A DNA stretch of 64,000 nt, taken from the NCBI GenBank assembly GCA_964247055.1, contig OZ176052.1:14355446-14419445 (forward strand), written 5' to 3'. The stretch is from Paragordius varius (lineage: Eukaryota; Animalia; Nematomorpha). Of this stretch, positions 45,001-56,794 are shown one piece after another. The notes under the pieces are model-generated. The model was not told the origin of the DNA. It worked only from the letters and a program-made list of their open reading frames with translations, and searched no databases. How positions within the stretch are numbered: position 1 is the first letter of the stretch; every line of letters begins with the position of its first letter. Both the position numbers and the translations under genes were made by a program.

Positions 45001-48000
45001 ATCTCGAAAATATTTGGGGTGATGATGGAACTACCCTAGGGCTACCCAAAAAAAATTATAGTGACATCACCTGATCAAATTTGGATTTTAGGTAACCATT
45101 TTTATTTTTAATATCGTATAAAATAAATTTTTTAAATATTTAAAAAATTCATAAAAATTACATTTATAGTCCGATCCCCAAAATATTTGGGGTGATGATG
45201 GAACTACCATAGGGCTACCCAAAAAAAATTATAGTGACATCACCTGATCAAATTTGGATTTTAGGTAGCCATTTTTATTTTTAAAATCGTATAAAATAAA
45301 TTTTTTAAATATTTAAAAAATTCATAAAAATTACATTTATAGTCCGATCCTCAAAATATTTGGGGTGATGATGGAACTACCATAGGGCTACCCAAAAAAA
45401 ATTATGGTGACATCACCTGATCAAATTTGGATTTTAGGTAGCCATTTTTATTTTTAAAATCGTATAAAATAAATTTTTTAAATATTTAAAAAATTCATAA
45501 AAATTACATTTATAGTCCGATCCCCAAAATATTTGGGGTGATGATGGAACTACCATAGGGCTACCCAAAAAAAATTATGGTGACATCACCTGATCAAATT
45601 TGGATTTTAGGTAGCCATTTTTATTTTTAAAATCGTATAAAATAAATTTTTTAAATATTTAAAAAATTCATAAAAATTACATTTATAGTCCGATCCCCAA
45701 AATATTTGGGGTGATGATGGAACTACCATAGGGCTACCCAAAAAATATTATGGTGACATCACCTGATCAAATTTGGATTTTAGGTAGCCATTTTTATTTT
45801 TAAAATCGTATAAAATAAATTTTTTAAATATTGAAAAAATTCAAAAAAATTACATTTATACTCCGATCTCGAAAATATTTGGGGTGATGATGGAACTACC
45901 ATAGGGCTACCCAAAAAAAATTATGGCGACATCACCTGATCAAATTTGGATTTTAGGTAGCCATTTTTATTTTTAAAATCGTATAAAATAAATTTTTTAA
46001 ATGTTTAAAAAATTCATAAAAATTACATTTATAGTCCGATCCCCAAAATATTTGGGGTGATGATGGAATTACCATAGGGCTACCCAAAAAAAATTATGGT
46101 GACATCACCTGATCAAATTTGGATTTTAGGTAGCCATTTTGATTTTTAAAATCGTATAAAATATATTTTTTAAATATTTAAAAAATTCTTAAAAATTACA
46201 TTTATACTCCGATCTCGAAAATATTTGGGGTGATGATGGAACTACCATAGGGCTACCCAAAAAAAATTATAGTGACATCACCTGATCAAATTTGGATTTT
46301 AGGTAACCATTTTTATTTTTAATATCGTATAAAATAAATTTTTTAAATATTTAAAAAATTCATAAAAATTACATTTATAGTCCGATCCCCAAAATATTTG
46401 GGGTGATGATGGAACTACCATAGGGCTACCCAAAAAAAATTATAGTGACATCACCTGATCAAATTTGGATTTTAGGTAGCCATTTTTATTTTTAAAATCG
46501 TATAAAATAAATTTTTTAAATATTTAAAAAATTCATAAAAATTACATTTATAGTCCGATCCCCAAAATATTTGGGGTGATGATGGAACTACCATAGGGCT
46601 ACCCAAAAAAAATTATGGTGACATCACCTGATCAAATTTGGATTTTAGGTAGCCATTTTTATTTTTAAAATCGTATAAAATAAATTTTTTAAATATTTAA
46701 AAAATTCATAAAAATTACATTTATACTCCGATCTCGAAAATATTTGGGGTGATGATGGAACTACCATAGGGCTACCCAAAAAAAATTATGGTGACATCAC
46801 CTGATCAAATTTGGATTTTAGGTAGCCATTTTTATTTTTAAAATTGTATAAAATCAATTTTTTAAATATTTAAAAAATTCATAAAAGTTACATTTATAGT
46901 CCGATCCCGAAAATATTTGGGGTGATGATGGAACTACCATAGGGCTACCCAAAAAAAATTATAGTGACATCACCTGATCAAATTTGGATTTTAGGTATCC
47001 ATTTTTATTTTTAAAATCGTATAAAATAAATTTTTTAAATATTTAAAAAATTCATAAAAATTACATTTATAGTCCGATCCCCAAAATATTTGGGGTGGTG
47101 ATGGAACTACCATAGGGCTACCCAAAAAAAATTATGGTGACATCACCTGATCAAATTTGGATTTTAGGTAGCCATTTTTATTTTTAAAATCGTATAAAAT
47201 AAATTTTTTAAATATTTAAAAAATTCATAAAAATTACATTTATACTCCGATCTCGAAAATATTTGGGGTGATGATGGAACTACCATAGGGCTACGCAAAA
47301 AAAATTATGGTGACATCACCTGATCAAATTTGGATTTTAGGTAGCCATTTTTATTTTTAAAATCGTATAAAATAAATTTTTTAAATGTTTAAAAAATTCA
47401 TAAAAATTACATTTATAGTCCGATCCCCAAAATATTTGGGGTGATGATGGAATTACCATAGGGCTACCCAAAAAAAATTATGGTGACATCACCTGATCAA
47501 ATTTGGATTTTAGGTAGCCATTTTGATTTTTAAAATCGTATAAAATATATTTTTTAAATATTTAAAAAATTCATAAAAATTACATTTATACTCCGATCTC
47601 GAAAATATTTGGGGTGATGATGGAACTACCATAGGGCTACCCAAAAAAAATTATAGTGACATCACCTGATCAAATTTGGATTTTAGGTAACCATTTTTAT
47701 TTTTAATATCGTATAAAATAAATTTTTTAAATATTTAAAAAATTCATAAAAATTACATTTATAGTCCGATCCCCAAAATATTTGGGGTGATGATGGAACT
47801 ACCATAGGGCTACCCAAAAAAAATTATAGTGACATCACCTGATCAAATTTGGATTTTAGGTAGCCATTTTTATTTTTAAAATCGTATAAAATAAATTTTT
47901 TAAATATTTAAAAAATTCATAAAAATTACATTTATACTCCGATCTCGAAAATATTTGGGGTGATGATGGAACTACCATAGGGCTACCCAAAAAAAATTAT

Positions 48001-51000
48001 GGTGACATCACCTGATCAAATTTGGATTTTAGGTAGCCATTTTTATTTTTAAAATTGTATAAAATCAATTTTTTAAATATTTAAAAAATTCATAAAAGTT
48101 ACATTTATAGTCCGATCCCCAAAATATTTGGGGTGATGATGGAACTACCATAGGGCTACCCAAAAAAAATTATAGTGACATCACCTGATCAAATTTGGAT
48201 TTTAGGTAGCCATTTTTATTTTTAAAATCGTATAAAATAAATTTTTTAAATATTTAAAAAATTCATAAAAATTACATTTATAGTCCGATCCCCAAAATAT
48301 TTGGGGTGGTGATGGAACTACCATAGGGCTACCTAAAAAAAATTATGGTGACATCACCTGATCAAATTTGGATTTTAGGTAGCCATTTTTATTTTTAAAA
48401 CCGTATAAAATAAATTTTTTAAATATTTAAAAAATTCATAAAAATTACATTTATACTCCGATCTCGAAAATATTTGGGGTGATGATGGAACTACTATAGG
48501 GCTACGCAAAAAAAATTATGGTGGCATCACCTGATCAAATTTGTATTTTAGGTAGCCATTTTTATTTTTAAAATCGTATAAAATAAATTTTTTAAATGTT
48601 TAAAAAATTCATAAAAATTACATTTATAGTCCGATCCCCAAAATATTTGGGGTGATGATGGAATTACCATAGGGCTACCCAAAAAAAATTATGGTGACAT
48701 CACCTGATCAAATTTGGATTTTAGGTAGCCATTTTTATTTTTAAAATCGTATAAAATATATTTTTTAAATATTTAAAAAATTCATAAAAATTACATTTAT
48801 ACTCCGATCTCGAAAATATTTGGGGTGATGATGGAACTACCCTAGGGCTACCCAAAAAAAATTATAGTGACATCACCTGATCAAATTTGGATTTTAGGTA
48901 GCCATTTTGATTTTTAAAATCGTATAAAATATATTTTTTAAATATTTAAAAAATTCATAAAAATTACATTTATACTCCGATCTCGAAAATATTTGGGGTG
49001 ATGATGGAACTACCATAGGGCTACCCAAAAAAAATTATACATCACCTGATCAAATTTGGATTTTAGGTAACCATTTTTATTTTTAATATCGTATAAAATA
49101 AATTTTTTAAATATTTAAAAAATTCATAAAAATTACATTTATAGTCCGATCCCCAAAATATTTGGGGTGATGATGGAACTACCATAGGGCTACCCAAAAA
49201 AAATTATAGTGACATCACCTGATCAAATTTGGATTTTAGGTAGCCATTTTTATTTTTAAAATCGTATAAAATAAATTTTTTAAATATTTAAAAAATTCAT
49301 AAAAATTACATTTATAGTCCGATCCCCAAAATATTTGGGGTGATGATGGAACTACCATAGGGCTACCCAAAAAAAATTATGGTGACATCACCTGATCAAA
49401 TTTGGATTTTAGGTAGCCATTTTTATTTTTAAAATCGTATAAAATAAATTTTTTAAATATTTAAAAAATTCATAAAAATTACATTTATCCGATCTCGAAA
49501 ATATTTGGGGTGATGATGGAACTACCATAGGGCTACCCAAAAAAAATTATGGTGACATCACCTGATCAAATTTGGATTTTAGGTAGCCATTTTTATTTTT
49601 AAAATTGTATAAAATCAATTTTTTAAATATTTAAAAAATTCATAAAAGTTACATTTATAGTCCGATCCCCAAAATATTTGGGGTGATGATGGAACTACCA
49701 TAGGGCTACCCAAAAAAAATTATAGTGACATCACCTGATCAAATTTGGATTTTAGGTATCCATTTATATTTTTAAAATCGTATAAAATAAATTTTTTAAA
49801 TATTTAAAAAATTCATAAAAATTACATTTATAGTCCGATCCCCAAAATATTTGGGGTGGTGATGGAACTACCATAGGGCTACCCAAAAAAAATTATGGTG
49901 ACATCACCTGATCAAATTTGGATTTTAGGTAGCCATTTTTATTTTTAAAATCGTATAAAATAAATTTTTTAAATATTTAAAAAATTCATAAAAATTACAT
50001 TTATACTCCGATCTCGAAAGTATTTGGGGTGATGATGGAACTACCATAGGGCTACCCAAAAAAAATTATAGTGACATCACCTGATCAAATTTGGATTTTA
50101 GGTAGCCATTTTTATTTTTAAAATCGTATAAAATAAATTTTTTTAATATTTAAAAAATTCATAAAAATTACATTTATAGTCCGATCCCCAAAATATTTGG
50201 GGTGATGATGGAACTACCATAGGGCTACCCAAAAAATATTATGGTGACATCACCTGATCAAATTTGGATTTTAGGTAGCCATTTTTATTTTTAAAATCGT
50301 ATAAAATAAATTTTTTAAATATTTAAAAAATTCATAAAAATTACATTTATACTCCGATCTCGAAAATATTTGGGGTGATGATGGAACTACCATAGGGCTA
50401 CCCAAAAAAAATTATGGTGACATCACCTGATCAAATTTGGATTTTAGGTAGCCATTTTTATTTTTAAAATCGTATAAAATAAATTTTTTAAATGTTTAAA
50501 AAATTCATAAAAATTACATTTATAGTCCGATCCCCAAAATATTTGGGGTGATGATGGAATTACCATAGGGCTACCCAAAAAAAATTATGGTGACATCACC
50601 TGATCAAATTTGGATTTTAGGTAGCCATTTTGATTTTTAAAATCGTATAAAATATATTTTTTAAATATTTAAAAAATTCATAAAAATTACATTTATACTC
50701 CGATCTCGAAAATATTTGGGGTGATGATGGAACTACCATAGGGCTACCCAAAAAAAATTATAGTGACATCACCTGATCAAATTTGGATTTTAGGTAACCA
50801 TTTTTATTTTTAATATCGTATAAAATAAATTTTTTAAATATTTAAAAAATTCATAAAAATTACATTTATAGTCCGATCCCCAAAATATTTGGGGTGATGA
50901 TGGAACTACCATAGGGCTACCCAAAAAAAATTATAGTGACATCACCTGATCAAATTTGGATTTTAGGTAGCCATTTTTATTTTTAAAATCGTATAAAATA

Positions 51001-54000
51001 AATTTTTTAAATATTTAAAAAATTCATAAAAATTACATTTATACTCCGATCTCGAAAATATTTGGGGTGATGATGGAACTACCATAGGGCTACCCAAAAA
51101 AAATTATGGTGACATCACCTGATCAAATTTGGATTTTAGGTAGCCATTTTTATTTTTAAAATTGTATAAAATCAATTTTTTAAATATTTAAAAAATTCAT
51201 AAAAGTTACATTTATAGTCCGATCCCCAAAATATTTGGGGTGATGATGGAACTACCATAGGGCTACCCAAAAAAAATTATAGTGACATCACCTGATCAAA
51301 TTTAGATTTTAGGTAGCCATTTTTATTTTTAAAATCGTATAAAATAAATTTTTTAAATATTTAAAAAATTCATAAAAATTACATTTATAGTCCGATCCCC
51401 AAAATATTTAGGGTGGTGATGGAACTACCATAGGGCTACCCAAAAAAAATTATGGTGACATCACCTGATCAAATTTGGATTTTAGGTAGCCATTTTTATT
51501 TTTAAAATTGTATAAAATAAATTTTTTAAATATTTAAAAAATTCATAAAAATTACATTTATACTCCGATCTCGAAAGTATTTGGGGTGATGATGGAACTA
51601 CCATAGGGCTACCCAAAAAAAATTATAGTGACATCACCTGATCAAATTTGGATTTTAGGTAGCCATTTTTATTTTTAAAATCGTATAAAATAAATTTTTT
51701 AAATATTTAAAAAATTCATAAAAATTACATTTATAGTCCGATCCCCAAAATATTTGGGGTGATGATGGAACTACCATAGGGCTACCCAAAAAAAATTATA
51801 GTGACATCACCTGATCAAATTTGGATTTTAGGTAGCCATTTTTATTTTTAAAATCGTATAAAATAAATTTTTTAAATATTTAAAAAATTCATAAAAATTA
51901 CATTTATACTCCAATCTCGAAAATATTTGGGGTGATGATGGAACTACCATAGGGCTACCCAAAAAAAATTATGGTGACATCACCTGATCAAATTTGGATT
52001 TTAGGTAGCCATTTTTATTTTTAAAATTGTATAAAATCAATTTTTTAAATATTTAAAAAATTCATAAAAGTTACATTTATAGTCCGATCCCCAAAATATT
52101 TGGGGTGATGATGGAACTACCATAGGGCTACCCAAAAAAAATTATAGTGACATCACCTGATCAAATTTGGATTTTAGGTAGCCATTTTTATTTTTAAAAT
52201 CGTATAAAATAAATTTTTTAAATATTTAAAAAATTCATAAAAATTACATTTATAGTCCGATCCCCAAAATATTTGGGGTGGTGATGGAACTACCATAGGG
52301 CTACCCAAAAAAAATTATGGTGACATCACCTGATCAAATTTGGATTTTAGGTAGCCATTTTTATTTTTAAAATTGTATAAAATAAATTTTTTAAATATTT
52401 AAAAAATTCATAAAAATTACATTTATACTCCGATCTCGAAAGTATTTGGGGTGATGATGGAACTACCATAGGGCTACCCAAAAAAAATTATAGTGACATC
52501 ACCTGATCAAATTTGGATTTTAGGTAGCCATTTTTATTTTTAAAATCGTATAAAATAAATTTTTTTAATATTTAAAAAATTCATAAAAATTACATTTATA
52601 GTCCGATCCCCAAAATATTTGGGGTGATGATGGAACTACCATAGGGCTACCCAAAAAATATTATGGTGACATCACCTGATCAAATTTGGATTTTAGGTAG
52701 CCATTTTTATTTTTAAAATCGTATAAAATAAATTTTTTAAATATTTAAAAAATTCATAAAAATTACATTTATACTCCGATCTCGAAAATATTTGGGGTGA
52801 TGATGGAACTACTATAGGGCTACGCAAAAAAAATTATGGTGACATCACCTGATCAAATTTGTATTTTAGGTAGCCATTTTTATTTTTAAAATCGTATAAA
52901 ATAAATTTTTTAAATGTTTAAAAAATTCATAAAAATTACATTTATAGTCCGATCCCCAAAATATTTGGGGTGATGATGGAATTACCATAGGGCTACCCAA
53001 AAAAAATTATGGTGACATCACCTGATCAAATTTGGATTTTAGGTAGCCATTTTTATTTTTAAAATCGTATAAAATATATTTTTTAAATATTTAAAAAATT
53101 CATAAAAATTACATTTATACTCCGATCTCGAAAATATTTGGGGTGATGATGGAACTACCCTAGGGCTACCCAAAAAAAATTATAGTGACATCACCTGATC
53201 AAATTTGGATTTTAGGTAACCATTTTTATTTTTAATATCGTATAAAATAAATTTTTTAAATATTTAAAAAATTCATAAAAACTACATTTATAGTCCGATC
53301 CCCAAAATATTTGGGGTGATGATGGAACTACCATAGGGCTACCCAAAAAAAATTATAGTGACATCACCTGATCAAATTTGGATTTTAGGTAGCCATTTTT
53401 ATTTTTAAAATCGTATAAAATAAATTTTTTAAATATTTAAAAAATTCATAAAAATTACATTTATAGTCCGATCCCCAAAATATTTGGGGTGATGATGGAA
53501 CTACCATAGGGCTACCCAAAAAAAATTATGGTGACATCACCTGATCAAATTTGGATTTTAGGTAGCCATTTTTATTTTAAAATCGTATAAAATAAATTTT
53601 TTAAATATTTAAAAAATTCAAAAAAATTACATTTATACTCCGATCTCGACAATATTTGGGGTGATGATGGAACTACCATAGGGCTACCCAAAAAAAATTA
53701 TGGTGACATCACCTGATCAAATTTGGATTTTAGGTAGCCATTTTTTATAAAATCTAAATTTTTTAAATATTTAAAAAATTCAAAAAAATTACATTTATAC
53801 TCCGATCTCGAAAATATTTGGGGTGATGATGGAACTACCATAGGGCTACCAAAAAAAATTATGGTGACATCACCTGATCAAATTTGGGATTTAGGTAGCC
53901 ATTTTTATTTTTAAAATCGTAATTTTGTCAATATTTATAAAATTCATAAAAATAACATTTATATTCCGATCTCAAAAATAATTGGGGTGATGATGGAACT

Positions 54001-54012
54001 ACTAAAGGGCTA
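1..54012. repeat. 173-bp tandem satellite array, ~312 head-to-tail monomers, extending beyond the left edge of the window
   Basis: GATGATGGAA recurs at 71, 244 and 417 (period 173) and continues without interruption to ~54000. Hand count of one monomer gives 45/173 G+C. The last, truncated monomer ends at ...ACTAAAGGGCTA (54012). Confidence 0.99.
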
Positions 54013-54017
54013 TTTAC

Positions 54018-55570
54018 TGCATTCCCCCTATCCGTCGTCTATCATTTTTCGGCATTCCTCCTATCCGTCGTCGGTCATTTTTTAGCAATCATCCTATCCG
54101 TCGTCAGTCTGCTTCTGTCCCTCACTTTCTAGCCGTCGTCAGTTGGTTTTCTGCATTTCCCCTATCCGTCGTCAGTCATTTTTCAACAATCATCCTATCC
54201 GTCGTCAGTCATTTTTCGGAATTCCTCCTATCCGTCGTCAGTCATTTTTTAGCAATCATTCTATCCGTCGTCAGTCTGTTTCTGTCCGTCATTTTGTAGC
54301 CGTCGTAAGTTGGTTTTTTGCATTCCCCCTATCCGTCGTCAGTCATTTTTCAACAATTATCCTATCCGTCGTCAGTCATTTTTTGGCATTCAACCTATCC
54401 GTCGTCAGTCTGTTTTTGTCCGTCATTTTCTAGCCGTCGTCAGTTGGTTTTCCTGCATTCCCCTATCCGTCGTCATTTTTTGGCATTCCTCCTATCCGTC
54501 GTCAGTCTGCTTTAGTCCGTTATTTTCTAGCCGTCGTCAGTTGGTTTTCCTGCATTCCCTTATCCGTCGTCAGACATTTTTCAACAATCATCCTATCCGT
54601 CGTCAGTCATTTTTTAGCAATCATCCTATCCGTCGTCAGTCTGTTTCTGTCCCTCACTTTCTAGCCGTCGTCAGTTGGTTTTCTGCATTTCCCCTATCCG
54701 TCGTCAGTCATTTTTCAACAATCATCCTATCCGTCGTCAGTCATTTTTCGGCATTCCTCCTATCCGTCGTCAGTCATTTTTTAGCAATCATCCTATCCGT
54801 CGTCAGTCTGTTTCTGTCCCTCACTTTCTAGCCGTCGTCAGTTGGTTTTCTGCATTTCCCCTATCCGTCGTCAGTCATTTTTCAACAATCATCCTATCCG
54901 TCGTTAGTCATTTTTCGGCATTCCTCCTATCCGTCGTCAGTCATTTTTAAGTAATCATCCTATCCGTCGTCAGTCTGTTTCTGTCTCTCACTTTCTAGCC
55001 GTCGTCAGTTGGTTTTCTGCATTTCCCCTATCCGTCGTCAGTCATTTTTCAACAATCATCCTATCCGTCGTCAGTCATTTTTCGGAATTCCTCCTATCCG
55101 TCGTCAGTCATTTTTTAGCAATCATCCTATCCGTCGCCAGTCTGTTTCTGCCCCTCACTTTCAAGCCGTCGTCAGTTTGTTTTCTGCATTTCCCCTATCC
55201 GTCGTCAGTCATTTTTCAACAATCATCCTATCCGTCGTCAGTCATTTTTTAGCAATCATCCTATTCGTCGTCAGTCTGTTTCTGCCCCTCACTTTCTAGC
55301 CGTCGTCAGTTGGTTTTCTGCATTTCCCCTATCCGTCGTCAGTCATTTTTCGGCATTCCGTCGTCAGTCATTTTTTAGCAATCATTCTATCCGTCGTCAC
55401 TCTGTTTTTGTCCGTCACTTTCTAGCCGTCGTCAGTTGGTTTTTGCATTCCCCCTATCCGTCGTCAGTGATTTTTCGGTATTTCCCTTACCGTCGTCAGT
55501 CATTTTTGAACAATCATCCTATGTGTCGTCAGTCTCTTCCTAGTCGCCAATTCGTTTGCATTACTCCTCT
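54018..55570 (-). repeat. CpG-rich ~33-bp minisatellite (core TATCCGTCGTCAGT) with 167-bp pentameric higher-order repeat, left copy (~46 units)
   Basis: Core recurs every 33-35 bp. Five unit types cycle (33+33+33+33+35 = 167). The marker CTCACTTT falls at 54653, 54820, 54987 and 55154. Confidence 0.97.
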
Positions 55571-55924
55571 CGAGAGATATGAGGAAGTATTTTAAAAAAT
55601 TGTTAGAAGATATTAAAAAGCATATTTAAACATTTCCACGGGAATTCACTTTTAATCACACTATTTTGTAGGGCATTAATATTTTCCAGACAAATCACAA
55701 AATTAACAATTACACACCCAAATCAATATAAACACTAATTTCCAAATATACAAATGTTTAAGCTTTTTTATAAATGTTTTTAATACAAGTTTTCAATTAT
55801 TATTTAATGGTATCTAAAAACTGAAAATATGTTTTTTTCTGTGTTTTATTGTAATAATTAATATGATAACCTAGTATGAATCTTAGCACTCCTTAATAAT
55901 TATGATTATTTAAAATATCTATAA

Positions 55925-55931
55925 AATAATG
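55925..55931. other. Target-site duplication AATAATG, left copy
   Basis: An identical 7-mer lies at 56788-56794. The two copies bracket exactly the sequence missing from the right inverted-repeat arm. Confidence 0.7.
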
Positions 55932-55979
55932 ATGTAGGAATTGTCGTAAAATAACGCAAATAATAAAAATATAATTTTT

Positions 55980-56018
55980 TAATTCTCAAATTTTTGCCAT
56001 AGCATCATCAGGAGATTA
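55980..56018 (-). ncRNA. Degenerate minimal type I hammerhead ribozyme motif of the PLE pLTR, probably inactive
   Basis: Minus strand reads TAATCTC-CTGATGA-T-GC-TATG-GC-AAAAA-TTT-GAGAATTA. Stem I is TAATCTC/GAGA(A)TTA, the CUGAUGA core is intact and stem II is GC/GC. The GAAA box reads AAAA and stem III is rudimentary. Confidence 0.62.
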
Positions 56019-56323
56019 GTTAAGAAAAATATATATAATATAAGAAAATAATAATTAAAAAAATGAACAAAATCATGGTTGATGTTATTATATAGGAAAA
56101 AAATCACAAACCGTTAGTGAACAAAAGAAAGAAAGATCACTTAGAAAACCGTTGTGATGTAAAAAATCAAATGTGTATTTTTTTTCACAAAAATTAATTG
56201 TAAATAAATGTATAAGCGTAAAATTATTAAAATTTAAGTAATATCTACACTATAAAATGGTTTGTCATTAAAAATTCGATAATTTTTTATAAATGATTTA
56301 GTTTCAGAATTTATAGCTTTCCT

Positions 56324-56785
56324 TTATTTACGGCGATTAAGCAAACCATCTTCTGCGCTCTGTATAAAGAGGGCTTTTTTTGTTATACTTGCGCTGTGTT
56401 TTCTTTCAACGAAAACGTCAATTCTGTTTGAGCATTCATGGTTGTTATCCACGCAATGCAGAAACATGGCCGAACTTTTGCTTTTTTAATGTTCCTTATA
56501 TCTTACCTTTAAGTTTGGCTTTGACTGGCCTATGTAAATTGCCGGGCAGTTCTTGCATCTCAACTTGTATATCGTGTTTTCCATTTCCACTTCCTTAGAC
56601 TTTAACATTTTTAAAACGTTTGATGTTGGTTTATAAACTACTTTTATGTTACACAACCATCTGGATTTGCCGAAATAAGAGATAGATTTCTTTTTAAAAT
56701 TTTGTTTACTGCTGTTGTAATCCATTCTTTTTGATAGCCTTGTTGCTAAATACTGTACAATTTCATTTGTTTGGTATATCTGCAT
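56324..56785 (-). pseudogene. PLE polyprotein C-terminus: RT-EN linker and GIY-YIG endonuclease, with an in-frame stop at 56486-56488
   Basis: Translation includes NIKVVYKPTSNVLKML (PLE linker-like) and TIYKLRCKNCPAIYIGQSKPNLKVRYKEH (GIY...YIG...R..EH with CxxC). After the TAA the same frame continues KSKSSAMFLHCVDNNHECSNRIDVFVERKHSASITKKALFIQSAEDGLLNRRK*, matching the SA..H...NH...N tail typical of PLE endonucleases. No RT domain is present. Confidence 0.88.
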
Positions 56786-56787
56786 TT

Positions 56788-56794
56788 AATAATG
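56788..56794. other. Target-site duplication AATAATG, right copy
   Basis: Matches 55925-55931. Inverted-repeat homology to the right arm resumes here. Confidence 0.7.

Larger units (their letters stand above)
55932..56787 (-). mobile_element. 5'-truncated Penelope-like retroelement (PLE), EN-bearing type
   Basis: Absent from the paralogous right arm and flanked by AATAATG. Encodes a PLE-type linker plus GIY-YIG domain on the - strand, with a hammerhead-like motif near its 3' end as expected for a PLE pLTR. Confidence 0.88.

Noticed and set aside
1-54012. Identity with known satellites (primate 171-bp alpha satellite, Trypanosoma brucei 177-bp repeat)
   Set aside because: Only the length is similar. 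No CENP-B box or recognisable sequence match is seen, and the species cannot be assigned without a database search.
54143-55299. ORFs with repeated PIRRQSFF-type peptides (also 61627-62086 on the - strand)
   Set aside because: They are stop-free frames of the 33-bp minisatellite. Starts are spaced at multiples of 167 bp and several are non-ATG. No domain is recognisable.
54018-55570. CRISPR-like appearance (constant core plus variable segment)
   Set aside because: The variable parts are mutually similar and recur in a five-unit cycle, there are no cas genes, and the context is a eukaryotic telomere.
56380-56598. 72-aa + strand ORF
   Set aside because: Antisense shadow of the PLE endonuclease frame.
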